Of a stretch of DNA of 64,000 bases, positions 10,057 to 24,017 are shown in pieces. The DNA comes from Haliotis rubra (taxonomy: Eukaryota). Position numbers and translations under genes: made by a program. Numbering within the stretch: position 1 is the first letter of the stretch; every line of letters begins with the position of its first letter. The notes under the pieces were generated by a model. That model had not been told where the DNA came from and searched no databases. It saw nothing but the letters and a program-made list of their open reading frames with translations. The stretch covers positions 2,418,001 through 2,482,000 of the forward strand of contig NW_025766980.1 of assembly GCF_003918875.1 (NCBI RefSeq). The letters are read 5' to 3'.

Positions 10057-11761
10057 CTGAAACAAAACAATATTCTCAAAATAACATTCCTGTCAAATAT
10101 AAACAACAAATGCAAAGGAGAACTGAAAATTACAAAGAATATTCTTATGACACCATGACATTAACCAAACTCCTAACAATCAAAACCAATATCCAATCAT
10201 AAATAATAAAAACTATATCAAACTGCTGGGATAGAACCCTCATAGAGGCCCAGCTGATAACTGACAATGCACACACTGAAGAGAAAAAGTGGATTATCTC
10301 CCTTGCATTGACTTTCATGACAAAACTGAATTCTGTATTTGTCACATGATCATATTACTACAATCAATACAATACTCCTGAATAATAATTCTATTTTAAA
10401 ATTCAAAACCAACATCACAGAAATTTTATATATCCAAAATCAACATAAATCATGTTGACACCATTAACCAGTGAATTTGACAATCAATGAAGGTCAACAA
10501 ACAATTTCCATGACAACTGTGTTATAACACTCTGTAAACCCCGGTTGTTATCCTATTGCGTTATACCACCCTATGATCTGAGGACAAGGTGAACTCAGTG
10601 AAGAACAACACACAACATGAAGAAGATGAACCCGGTAACACTGAAACAAGATCTAGGAACACTCAGTTCGTGTGAAAATATGTGATAGTTAGCAAGCTGC
10701 CCTACGGCACAAATTTATAAACACATGTAATCTCTAACACCGACTTGGGCGGTCCACTGATTTCACAGATAACGGCAAACACAACCAACCTTGCACCAGT
10801 ATGTTTCAGGCACGGATAAAAACCCAACATCACTTGAATTACACCAACTTCATCCGTAAGGAAAACAGACAAGTTCAAAGATAAGCCATGTTTCACCTAT
10901 CCAATTGGGCCAAACATAATCTGATTTAATTTTCCATCCAAATTCAGTTTAAGGTCTGAAGTATCAGACTTTTTCTATTACGATCAAAATCAATTTTCAC
11001 AGATCAAAACCCAGATAGCATCTTTCAAGTTTTCTTTTCACAAAGGTGATACTATGTACATTGAGATAATATGTTTAAATTTTGACAGAAACCAAGCTGC
11101 AGCCAACAGAAGGACAATCCCACTTTCATCCTGTGTAGAGGATGTGGGTTTTTGGGGTAATTACACTGACAGATATTAGATTGCACGTTGTAAGAGATTT
11201 AACAAAACTCCAAGGAGACTGGAATAACACAATAGCTTGCGGACTTCATCCATAGCTTTGAAGTAATGAGAACGGTTTGGGAAACGTTTCTTAATTGCGT
11301 GGCAGGGGACTATGACGAGAACCTGTCATAAGAACAAGTCTAAAACCACTGAAGGAATAATCATGGTTACTTGTTAAGAATACAACGTAAATTGCTAGCC
11401 AAAGGGCCCTTATCCTTAACCTATGGATTTTTGAATAGGAAAAATGCCCTAACATGTTATTCAACATTCTTGCATTGTTTTATAGATCGTGATGAGGTAG
11501 AAACTTTGCAATTTGATTAGATTTTTCTTTTTCATTTTCATGAGTGTGACATGTCAGGTTACTACAGTTAAAAGAATAGCATGATGAGCTTGCATGCTGG
11601 GTGGTGTTGTGGGTTCAGCAGCACCTATTCTTCCAGGTTCAGTTCTCTGTGTAGTCTGGTCTTGGACATAGCTGGGGCAGGACAGGTTGGTAAAGGTAGT
11701 TCCCAACATAGTCTGTCTCACAGTCCCTCAACCACTTTCCCTTCCACCTCAGCCCTTTCTT

Positions 11762-11838
11762 CTAAAGCCCTAAATGAAGCAAGTCTAGATTTCATCAGTC
11801 TCTGGTCTGAATCTCACTAGGGCTCCTTTTCCATTTAA
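11762..11838 (-). repeat. Dispersed repeat fragment, inverted relative to 43222-43299
   Basis: Reverse complement contains gaaatctagacttgcttcatttagggctttag and gaaaaggagccc, both present at 43.2-43.3 kb. Confidence 0.75.
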
Positions 11839-13291
11839 ACAGAATTATTTGTTTCAATCAAAATTATATATATTCAGAGACTAAGTGTTAGTCTATTCCC
11901 AATACAAAAAGTTTGATTTATTGAATGCCAGATTTATGAATATACATTTATCATGTTTAATTTTCAATCAATTCTGTAATGGAACCCCTATTTACATAAG
12001 GAAGTATTGTCTTATAATTTTGACAACTAAGAATTAAGAAATAAACAATGGGTTTCGAACAAAACTATTTTTTAAAATCTAAATGCACCACTTCACCACT
12101 AGCCTGGTCTGTGTAGTAAGTTTTAAAGAACTATTCAACACTTTAGTTCTACCCCTGCGATGGAACACGGACCACAGACAGATGCATGGAAGAACATGCT
12201 AATCACTATGTCCCCTTTTTCAACTGAAGGTATAAAATGTGACTTTTGCATAAAACGAGAGGAGCAGAAAAATTATTCCTGCTGGGAAATGACACAAATG
12301 AAATGTAAACAGTAAGTGATATTGACAACTACAAACAGCGCTTGCTGAGCAGCGTGTGCAACTGCTAACTGTTGCAAGTGTTCCGCATGTGTGCCTGCAA
12401 GCGAGTCTGTATGTAATCCTGACAACACAAACACCAAGAACTGTTTTGAGAACAGTTGTTTCAGAACAAGCGTATTTGGCCTCCTTTACCTGATGTCTGC
12501 ATATTTTGAAAAAGTTGCCAGGTAACAGTAAGAAACGTATAATATATCGCCGGGATTAACAGGGCCCCTCCTAAAAAGCTTCCTTAGTTTACACGGAAGA
12601 CAGAAAGCAGGGGATGCTTTGACACTTGAAATGCTGCTGGCTTGTGTACAAAGTGGAAGTCTTACAGACTAACAATGCAAGAAAGATTGGTAAAAAACAC
12701 CTCTTCTGGCAAGAGGAAGATATGGAATGCGAGTTCAAGTCAGGCAGAAAGTTGTTGAAGGAAACAGAACTCTCAACTGCACCCAATTCTCTTCTCTTAA
12801 ATCTTGGCAATTAGCCTCAAAACTTGCTCTTCTGCTTTTTTGAAAATACCTTCATTCTCAAACCATGTTCACAGTTCTGAAATGATTTGTGTGTTTTGAA
12901 ATAAACCAAATGAACATATTTGGGGATGAAGGAATGTCATAAATATATACAGAACAAAAACAGTTCATGAATCATGAATATTTTGGGGGCTATAATTAAA
13001 AGTACCGTCTGCTGAGTCCTTCCACAACAACAAAAACAAATACATTTATTAAAGTACATAATGACACATTTAAATGAACACTAAACAATTGCTCAGCATG
13101 CTGGCAATGAAGTGAATATCTACCACAATACTCTCAACAGTTGTATAACATTATGTCGTATAACACCCCTGGAGCTGAACCCAAAGCAGTGGTTCATGGA
13201 GGGAAAGCAATGAGTACATCTGTGAGATCAACTCAATCCACATAGAATATGTCCCTTTTGCCATGCCCTGGAGACTCACAGGAAACCAGCA

Positions 13292-14167
13292 TGGGATACT
13301 AGAGACCCACTGGTTACAAGCATTACTTACTAGAGACCCACTGGTTACAAGCACAAGATACTAGAGACACAGGATACTAGAGACCCACTGGTTGCAAGCA
13401 TTACATACTAGATACCCACTGGTTACAAGCACAAGATACTAGAGACACAGGATACTAGAGACCCACTGGTTGCAAGCATTACATACTAGATACCCACTGG
13501 TTACAAGCACAAGATACTAGAGACACAGGATACTAGAGACCCACTGGTTGCAAGCATTACATACTAGATACCCACTGGTTACAAGCACAAGATACTAGAG
13601 ACACAGGATACTAGAGACCCACTGGTTGCAAGCATTACATACTAGATACCCACTGGTTACAAGCACAAGATACTAGAGACACAGGATACTAGAGACCCAC
13701 TGGTTGCAAGCATTACATACTAGATACCCACTGGTTACAAGCACAAGATACTAGAGACACAGGATACTAGAGACCCACTGGTTGCAAGCATTACATACTA
13801 GATACCCACTGGTTACAAGCACAAGATACTAGAGACACAGGATACTAGGGACCCACTGGTTACAAGCACAAGATACTAGAGACACAGGATACTAGAGACC
13901 CACTGGTTGCAAGCACAAGATACTAGAGACACAGGATACTAGAGACCCACTGGTTGCAAGCATTACATACTAGAGACCCACTGGTTACAAGCACAAGATA
14001 CTAGAGACACAGGATACTAGAGACCCACTGGTTGCAAGCATTACATACTAGATACCCACTGGTTACAAGCACAAGATACTAGAGACCCACTGGTTACAAG
14101 CATTACATACTAGAGACCCACTGGTTACAAGCACAAGATACTAGAGACACAGGATACTAAAGACCCA
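13292..14167. repeat. Minisatellite with 78-bp higher-order unit (31+31+16 bp), about 11 units
   Basis: actagagacccactggttgcaagcattacat / actagatacccactggttacaagcacaagat / actagagacacaggat repeated in fixed order. Confidence 0.95.
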
Positions 14168-15932
14168 GAAGAAATCAATAAGATACTGCTGACCCAGAGA
14201 TCACAAACAGGAAACTTGAGTTTTGTCCAGACCAGATAATCCAGTGATCAACATAATGAACATTGATCTATGCATTTGGGATATGATAACGTGTGGCAGG
14301 CATCTTTGACTGATCAGAGACAAACATGGGATATGGGGAAACCCAAAGAACCAGCAAAAGATACTGGAAAACCCATATGAGATAAGCACATGATACTGTA
14401 GTCCCAGAGAAGACAAGCCTGGTACACTGAAGATCCTCATGAGGTGATATATATGGGGTACCATTCTGAAGTCCTCGGTGAACTCGGTCCAGGGACCCAT
14501 ATCATCATAGCCTGCAGTCTCCAGTTACATAAAACCAGCTACCATGTTATTGTGCACCTGTCAAAATTTTAATGAAAAATCTAACTGAAACAAGCTTTGG
14601 CATCAAAAGAATTCCAAGCTATTTTCCCCATCTGGTCTGAGAAATTCCCTCCAGATTTATTCATGGAGGAAGATTTCATCGAAATTAGTCTTGTTACATT
14701 GGCGCCAGTATTTTCCTGTAGGCTCTATAACCATGAATGATGACACAGTAACCTGAGACAATATGACATGAGCACCTCGTCATCGGAACTGTGACAGATG
14801 TGAAGGCCAACATTGGACCACATTTCTTTGTTAAAACCAAACAGTGTATGCAATATGATACAGTCTAGTCAGAGATTTCGTGATATCAATTGTGTTATCA
14901 CCATGGTGGCAACTATCGGTGAAATGGAACATCCGTTACAACCTCAGGTTACACTGATCTGTCAGTTTCCATATTGGAATGGCCAAACACAGCAATTTTC
15001 AGATAATGTTCACCAAACCGATACGAAAACTGGTCTCGGACAGAGTTGAGGTGAATCCCAGGTGTGGAATATTGCAATTATCGCAGGTCATGCTCTGAAG
15101 ACATCAACATGCTTTTCCACTTTGGGCAGATAGCTTCAAAAGTTTAATTGAAAACTGTCATAACAGATGCAATATTAAAACATTGCCCCTTGTTTGTCTG
15201 CCACTTCTAGCAACACCAAGTGACCTTGTTTTTGTTTTTCATTGTTCTAGTGAACATGTAAATTCTAATTTCTCATTTGTTTTGCTTAAACACATTTGTC
15301 GCCTTTTTTTTCTCTTTATGATTTTACATTTCTGGCGACAATGAACTTAATGAGATTCAGATTCGAAAACAGCTTGTCTATGGTATGAGAATGGTGATTA
15401 ACAATTATGGAAGAGTTAAGTTTGAAATCTGGTAATCTTCATAAATGGCCTATCTTGTTGAGAGATTAAAAAAGGTTTAAAAGGGTTGAACAAAGAAAGC
15501 GGGAGTAATTTCAAAATTGCCATCATTCAGTTGGAACAATGAAACAATTTTTCCAAATAAGCCACCTTGCGGGATTGCGTAAAGCCATTATAACGCCAAT
15601 GGGTAAAGCAGGAATCTTATTGGAGTAAAACCCGTCTCCGTTGACTTTAGGGAATGTGGGATGGAGTGCCAAAACTGGAAGGAAAAGTCTCGACAGAGAA
15701 CAGATATGGGAAGAATGTTTTAAATGAAGATTAAATCAGCGTAATTGTCTGATTCAGGCACAAAATGTAACACATTAGGGATTATTGAACTTCTGTCGAG
15801 TTTTGCCAATGTGCTGAAATCTGGGGTTGGCATTTGGGTGGGGAGCCAAGTGATAACTTTGGGACCTCAACACTTCTGTGCTGCTGTCTCCTGCCAACTG
15901 AGACCAGATCACTGAGGAATGAAGGAGCTTAA

Positions 15933-16419
15933 CCCTTGAGCCCAAGCACAGGCTTGGAAGAATACTGAAAATTCAATTTAATAACACCAATTCAATCTTG
16001 AAAAATTCAATTTCACAATTTGGAGTAAACCTGCCCACATGGTCTTAAATTTGACAGACATCTTTTTACACTGTTAAAAGAACCGTCACATCTTAAGAAT
16101 TTTAAAAAAATATAAATTTCCATTGAAGAAAAAATAACATCAGGTTGTCTCTAAGCTGAAATTATGAATACGACATGAAACACAGGCACTGATCTTGCTG
16201 AATGACATTTAACTGGATTAAATTCTTAATAACTGTGTTAAAATTTGAACCCAGAAGTTCCAACCTTCACTGAAAATTGACAATATTTTCAGACAATAAA
16301 AGGAAGAACCGGAACCATGTCTTTAAAGATTAAATTCAAATATGAAACTTGGTATTAACATTTTTCATTTATGGAGAAATATGTGTTTGTATGAAAAAAC
16401 ATACATTTGCCCTAAAGGG
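15933..16419. mobile_element. piggyBac-like non-autonomous MITE
   Basis: TTAA at 15929-15932 and 16420-16423; ends CCCTTGAGCCCAA versus revcomp CCCTTTAGGGCAA (10/13); AT-rich interior, no ORF. Confidence 0.6.
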
Positions 16420-17344
16420 TTAACATTAAAAGGCCAGTATGATGACATGAAGTTATACAGTGGGGTCTAAATATATCTAAATCGACATCTCAAGTGTTTG
16501 ATGTTTCTTGAGGTCGTTGCAGATCTCAGTGCCAGTGTCTGGAACTCAAATATTGGTGAAAAAATCTCTGACTCTTTGACAGCACATCAATTACATTTGG
16601 GGAATTTTTTCAGGGGAGACAACCTTGAGCTGACTCATACCGATGTCAAGGCAAGTGATTTGGTAAAGGACCCTCTAATTTGGTTTCTTTTCATAAAAAA
16701 GAGAGAAAACTGCACAAATGATGCATATATTTTCAAATTAAGCTGAACTGCAGCGTTTGTTGTGGGTACAATTGACTTAATTTGCTGTAAAAAAATCAAC
16801 GTAATCGCCACTTATTCTCAGGAGGTGAGATGTCACAAGGATCTAGGGGGGTCTTATGAAATTTGGGTTACAAAAAACAGCTCTGTCCTTTGTCAAAATT
16901 GGCCGACATGACCAACATTAACCTGAGAAATGTGGCTCTGTGGTGAATTATTCCAAACATTACTTCACTTGATCTCAGACCCAACTCTAGTGCTAGCCTT
17001 TGTCCACAAGCTCCAGCTTGTAAAAGACATAGCTGGAAACAAACCCATCCACAAAATCAATAACCAGTGAAATATTAATTACCATAAATGTAGGTTGAAA
17101 AAGAAAGATGTGTGAACCAGGTAATAATCTCAAGTTTCCAATGTAAGATTTCAGACCATTTCTTATCCAATGAAACAAACAAAATCCAATAATATCTACA
17201 CTGTTAAAAAATATCTAGCAGCAAAAAAAAAGAATCCTAAGATCAGTAAATTTGAAAAATATTCATGAGATGAACTTGACACCAGTCTGTCTCTACCCCT
17301 TCATAAACATACCGCAACACAACTCTCAGAAAGAGCAGAGTTAG

Positions 17345-17520
17345 ATGTGGTCTTCAGCAAACCATGATTGTTGCAAGATGGAACTCAGATTCACTGACAT
17401 TGTGTAGATCAGTGTTCATGATGTCAATCACTGGATTGTCCAGACTCAAGTAGTTAAAAACAGCTGTCATGTACATGGAATACAGCTGAGGGCATCATTA
17501 AACAACAAATGAACAAACAA
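17345..17520 (+). mobile_element. Old dispersed repeat (family D)
   Basis: gtagatcagtgttcatgatgtcaatcactggattgtccagactc ... taaacaacaaa, similar to other family D copies. Confidence 0.55.
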
Positions 17521-17928
17521 CAATACAAGCACTAAGCAGCCTTGGTCAAGCAGAGCAGCCAGTTATCCCGTCCTTCCATGGCTTTCAGTTACCTACAACT
17601 ATATCACATAATAAAGAGCCAGCTGACAATGTTTACCGCCAGGATTCAAACCTGGAACCCTGCAATGAACCTATTTACTGCACATCCAGGACCCAGATAC
17701 AGTAGTCGTCAAAGCAGAAAAGTAGTCTTGTGTTGTTCGAAACACAACTAAATAAATGTTACGTGTCATACAGTCATACCTTAGAAGGCTATATGTCATA
17801 TGCTGCAGTCAACAATCTGATTCTGAATGAAGTCTACGATTCAGTGACGAGTCTTGTCTCAACAAAGCAAAAGTGTTCTGCCATTACTGATCGTTACAAC
17901 AGTAATTAAGATATGGTAGTGACCTCAC

Positions 17929-18136
17929 CTTTCATTGAAGGCATTGCGAGTGGCGTGGGTCTGTACGCTGTCTTCCTCGATGAGGAAGCGCATCTTGTCA
18001 AAGAAAGAGGCTGTTGTACTTGGTGGCTGTTTGCTAAGGAGGACGTCCTTGGGATCTGGCGACACCTTGCAATACTGGTCATTACTGCAGGACACGGTCG
18101 AACAACAGTCTGGGTCCAGGCAATCCAACAGTCCAT
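17929..18136 (-). CDS. Ten-m: Teneurin exon, Cys-rich region (DGLLDCLDPDCC...SFFDKMRFLI...NAFNE)
   Basis: ttgtag|AT ... AG|gtgagg; 208 nt, phase 1-2. Confidence 0.96.
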
Positions 18137-18279
18137 CTACAAGGCAAAGAAACATGAGAAACAGCATGAACCTACTAGACCATATTCACATTTGCAGGAG
18201 AAAAAGGGTTTTGTATAGTTTATAGTGTTATTTCACCCATATATTACCTAAAACACCACAATATCAGCCTCATATATTG

Positions 18280-18633
18280 CAGGTGAGGTGAGGTGAAATT
18301 GGGTTTAACGTCATGCTTGAGAATATTTCGCTCATATGACAACGTGCATACGTGTGTATGTGCAGCTGCTTGTACTAGCCCAAACTGAAGCTGGTTTTAT
18401 AGTGCTAGCCCACTGAGATACCATGCCACAGTGAAGCATGAATACCCCACTCAGACACATTATACTGACTCCCAGCCGACCAGTCCTTGTTGTACCCGTT
18501 AATGCCGAGCGCCAGGCAGGGACCAACAAGTAACATGTTTTAACGTCTTTTGGTATGACGCTGTCGAGGATGGAACCCGCGACCTTCCGCTCTCCGGGCG
18601 GACTCTCTAACCACAACACCACGGAGGCGGTTG
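18280..18633 (-). mobile_element. tRNA-derived SINE family B (V-domain-like), (CTCAC)n tail, 13-bp TSD
   Basis: Head accgcctccgtggtgttgtggttagag..., central gtcataccaaaagac...ccctgcctggcgctcggcattaa resembling the V-SINE domain; TSD gcctcatatattg at 18267-18279 and 18634-18646. Confidence 0.9.
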
Positions 18634-19434
18634 GCCTCATATATTGTAACAACTAGAAGAATCAAACCAGGGTTTCAGTAAAAGGGTGGGAGCTTCAGCC
18701 TGTGGACTACCCTTCCTCTCTTCAAGGTAAATACAGCAACATAAACTGGTTCCATTTGCTATACATATTATTTTTTCTCTTTCTGTTACATTTTTTATTT
18801 GACTTTCGGGACTAATAATCAAATCAATATCAGTCCCTGAATTGCGTCCCCATCATGCACAAGCTGCCCCTCCCATGTTCTCCTCCCTCGCATAACCAGG
18901 AACATGACTCAGTTATTGCACATCAAGAGTCTTCCTGTTACACAGAAATATGCACTAAACATGATTTCCTCCCTGATGGCAAAATTCAAATATGACTTGG
19001 GTCAGTTTTAATAACTACCAGAGGTACTTAACTTATCATATTCAACATAGGTTCGTGATTTTCTTCCAATTTCCCCAAATGGCAGCAGACGTCTTATCAT
19101 TTTCATTACTGATACACCTTTGAGTCATGTTGACTCCATCTGCAAACATGTCTGGGAGAGAGAGAGTTCTGACAGACAATCTGCAAGATAGACTGGCATC
19201 AACGACGACATCAATGACGACATGTCCGACCCGGTACCATGTGACGACTGCACGGCGAGTTAGTCATTGGAACGTATCAATTAATTAAACAATCCTGGCT
19301 TCTCGTGCCATTGCATGTCCGAGACGAAAGCGATTTGTGTAATGTTGCAGAATCAAAGTGTGTGATTCATAACGAAAGTGAGGATTGTGGGCCGTCTGTT
19401 GTCGAGAGTGTGTGTAATGTACGTGACTGCATAC

Positions 19435-19581
19435 CATTGTCATTGTCAGCCATATCGTCACATTTGGTTTCCTTCGCAATGTTGCACGCCAAGCCCTTCC
19501 ATCCTTCACTGCAAGTGCAATTCCATCCTTCTCGGAATCTTTTACAATCGCCATGGTTGCTACAATCATCAGGGCAGCCGT
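19435..19581 (-). CDS. Ten-m: Teneurin exon, EGF8 plus ETKCDDMADNDN
   Basis: gacag|AC ... AAT G|gtatgc; 147 nt, phase 1-1. Confidence 0.95.
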
Positions 19582-22500
19582 CTGTCGATACAAAAAGAGG
19601 GATTTGTGAAAAAAACACACCAAACATCAATCTGTTAATGTGAAAGTGCTGTGATCAAATTACATCAGTGGGATCAGAACCAGTGTCGAATAAGGAGAGT
19701 AATCGGCAAATGGACACTGCAGAAACTTATACATCTTCCTTCAAAGGACAAAAAACATTTATAAGTCGGTTAAGTATTTTTCAGCTTCATCTGTTCCACC
19801 ATCAGCTATCAAATTTAGTTCTTCAGCACTATGTCAGTCACTACTGAATGGGACTGGCAAACATGCACTCCGTGAACTCATATGATATAACAATTATCTG
19901 AAAATTGTTTCATGTTTTGATAACTTGCTGGAGATGGCCTTCCAGAGAATATTATCATTATATCCCCTGAGATCAGCACATCACAACAGAAGCAGATAGA
20001 CTGAACCACTAACAATACAAATACTTTTTTCAAAGATTATACCCATTAAACCTTGTCAAAGGATGATTACATTTTTTTTTTCTTTTTCCACTAATAGTGC
20101 ATTTTCAAGCATGGATGACAGTCAATTCATGCAATAGTTTTGATGATGTGTCAAACACTCAATACAATTTTTTTTATGGGTCATCAACACTCTAAATGAT
20201 AAAAACACCATGGATGTTTTTTTGTTGTTGTTTTTTAAAAAAACAAAACCTTCACATGTCAGCTATACAAAATTGAAATATCAAATTTCCAACCATTCGA
20301 CTTAAAAACAATAGTTCATAATTGATGAAGACTTTCAGAAATGTAACCCACAAATAATATTCCAACATAATCACGCACTGCATGAGTAATGAGTTTGATG
20401 CTTAACTTGAGTCCAATCTCATTATCAACCATCTCATTGTACAATTACATGTGTGAGAATACAATCCGATTGAAGCAAATGGACACATTTTTCAAAACGT
20501 CTCTACAAAGGCTGCGTCTGCCACCTGATAGGGCTAAAATCCCAGACAGACTAGCACCATGTCAAAAACATATTATATTTTCTGCATAATACTGCCCTAA
20601 GACTCTCTGATTGATGGGCCGGCCCAAGCAATATGGGCCATCTGCCTAAGAACGCCTAATGATAATTTCTTAATTGAAACTAACGATGAAAAAAGGTGGA
20701 CAGACGGCCTTTAATTATTATGGCATCTTTCTCGTCAGTATAATATTTTAATACAATAAAATGTTGAAACTGATATGAATGACACCCGAGAAACGGAATG
20801 CTTGGGATGGTGTCATGATCACTGGTGTAATCGTCTCCCTTTCACGAACAAATGCATCTCCGCGATTATGACGACAACGCTCCAAATGAATAACTGTCCA
20901 TATGGAGTTCCAACTTTCTAACAAAGGATAATACAATATTTAAGAATTTACACAAAAGCTTTTAAATTGGCTCCCGTGGGAATGTAAATTGTTGTGCAGC
21001 TACGAAGGAAATGCCAATGGACATGTAATTCACTTTGTCAGACCTGGCCAGGAGGCTTTAAATAAACATTAGCATTCTTTAATTAAAACAAATATTCACA
21101 TTGTTTGAAAGTTTCTGCAAGGACCTAAGTGTTAAATAATTCTCTTGAACACGAACTACTGCCTAATCAAAGTATTTATCTTCCAATATTGTATCTCAAA
21201 TGAAATAATTCCCAGAAATAATAATGCATCTCAGTATTTTCAAATTAATACAATTGGTTTTACAGTGACTGGGAGAGAGTTCTACATTAAAATGGACGAA
21301 ATGATTTATTTTATTTGGTTGGCGAGGGAGCCTGTCCCTCGTGTTTGTGCTGGAGTCAGCAATATTACAGACATACCCTGCCCACATGGAAATAAACCCA
21401 CATGTAAATAAACACATTCTGATCTGGAACAAATAGAGGCAGAAACTTATATACTGCTCAAGAGAAGTTAAGAACACATAATTATTTTGAAGAACTATGG
21501 TTAATCTGTCATGTTTTGACAGAGTAGTGATATTCATATGGAAGAACTGCTTGTTCTTCAACCTCTATCTGTAGTCTAGCATTACACTGATAGCGGCTGC
21601 CAGCCCTTCATCACGGGCTGAGTGACCAGCCAAACTGGACAATCCCCCTTATTAGACAAAATGCCCCAACCCAAATACTCTGCATTGCTAAAAATTACTA
21701 GTTTGATTTTTCTCAGATCACTAATCACAATGAAGTTCACATTACTCAAACATTTTACCAGAATGTTACCCCAAAAGAACCTCTCCTTATGAAACACATA
21801 TCTAACTCCTGTGAAATAATTCAATAACTTCAAGCCGTTTTATCTCTTTCAAGTTTAAAGTTTTTGTCTTTAACCAGCATATCATGATTAAATGGACTGA
21901 AAGTAAACCTGAATGCATCGAAGGCTTCACGATACCAACCCATTCAGCTGGACAGATTGGGAAACGTAAATGGCGTGCCAAGTGTAATTGACAAGTTATT
22001 GGATCAGCTTCCTTATATGGTCACACGATGACACCTGCCAATCACTCCCATCAAACAAAGCCACTTCTTTTAAATCTTCCTTTGATACCTAAATTCATCA
22101 AATCAGTGTTTCGTGCAATGATGTGGACAGTTTTTGTCCCTTCAATGTAACACATTATGTCTTATGACAGCAGCAGAGCACTCCGTGTTTGTGTCATATA
22201 GTGTTTCATCTTTACATTTATCCCTTTAAGTACATTTTCATGTTTAAAAATTAATGCTAATCTCACTCAAAAACACTAAAAACAGATTTGATGAAAAAAT
22301 TGCATTTCACATCACATTTTTAATCGTCAGCAATACTGCAGCGAATTTTCAGTTTCAGGAAGAGATTCTGCGTTCTCACTTCTAAAATAATGAAATATGT
22401 ACAATTTACAATTAACCAAACTAAACAATACCTTTACTTCAAACTAATAGTTCACAGTTTTGCCATTACAGGTCAACATTCACTAAGAATTTTATCAAAA

Positions 22501-23834
22501 GGTGTGGTCCTTATCAAAAGTTGAGTGGTATAATCTAAGAGTTCAAATTACTTCTATTATTACTCTGTTCACTGAAGCAATCACCTTCTTCATCTTATAT
22601 ATTTCACGTCTTCATACATTTCTTCAGACAATTTCTGACGGGCAATACAAGACGTATCCAGCACTTTCCTCTGTATGATAACGTAATTATTCATACTTTG
22701 AACAGCCAGTCAAAAAGCTTTAAGAATCAATTCTACATCAGATAAATGGTTGAAATTTCAAACACACGGTATAGCTTCCTTGGGAGTAATCTCCTCATTG
22801 TAAATACCCAGATGCAAAAAGAGTCTGTTGGAAAACATTTCCCATGAGAGGAAGTGCTATTACGTTGGTTTGTTGCTGCAAGGATAGAATTCTCAATATT
22901 TTCTTTATGACTGCAACATTACTCTTATTTCCCATTTGCAGAGAAATGTAAAATTTAATCCCATCATAAAACATAGATTTCCGATTCTGTAAGACCCCAA
23001 TGCAATATTTCCCAGTAAATAATAGCTGGAACTGTTTTATAACAGCGCAATTAAAACAGCACAAATCAATTTCCTATCACATGACCGCCTGACACGATTC
23101 CGTTGTTCATTTTGCCATTCATCTCCATGTAATTGGATCAATTTCACAGTCTATATTCAAAGTGTGCAATTATGAGCGGCCTGAGAATAATATCCCATAA
23201 TAGTTACAAAATGTCAGGAGAAAAGGTCCCTATCGTTACCTTTATTGTGTGACCTCAAAGCCATTCGCCAAAACAAAGGTCAACTCAACAGGAGGTGAGA
23301 TTTAAACATCAGCAAAAACCTACTTCAATACTGCCTTCCCAAAAATTTACATATGCAGTAAACTATATATGATAAGAACATGCTAACAATGAATTAACCA
23401 TACACAGTAACCAACTGTTTTCCTTGTGTATATCAAATTACAGTTATATAAACCAGAATTATTAGTCCTTGATTGTTATAAACAAAGTTAACTGCATTGC
23501 TTTTCGCACTGTATTTTTGACAAATGTCCATGTACAGCATGCATTAAAGTTTATAGTTTAGCTAAAGAAATTAATTTGCTGATCTGAAGAATGATTAAAT
23601 ACTTTTTATAATAATGCCCAAAAATATATTAATAAGAGAGGCGAAATGATAGATTTCAATTTTGTAGTACATGTTTTCCAATTCATTAAAAAAACACACC
23701 ATATCTAAAAAAAATGAAAAAATACTACATTTCATATCTATTAACTCTTAAATTCAATGCATCTATTCTCAAATATTATTGACCAATTAGAACAGCATTA
23801 TCTCCCCTTGCCAAAGAATTATCTCCCTTCTCAC

Positions 23835-24017
23835 CAATTGTGCAGTGCTTTCCATTCCAACCATTCTGGCATGTGCAGGTCCCATTGTTGCAGTATCCGT
23901 GCAATTCACATCGATGGTCGCATTTAAGCTGATCACAGAGGGCACCAGTAAAACCCTCGTCACACTCACATCGCTGATTTTTGCAGAAGCCATGAAAGCA
24001 CTCAAGTCGACAAATTT
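23835..24017 (-). CDS. Ten-m: Teneurin exon, EGF6-7
   Basis: tttgcag|AA ... ATT G|gtgaga; 183 nt, phase 1-1; GWNGKHCT motif. Confidence 0.96.
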
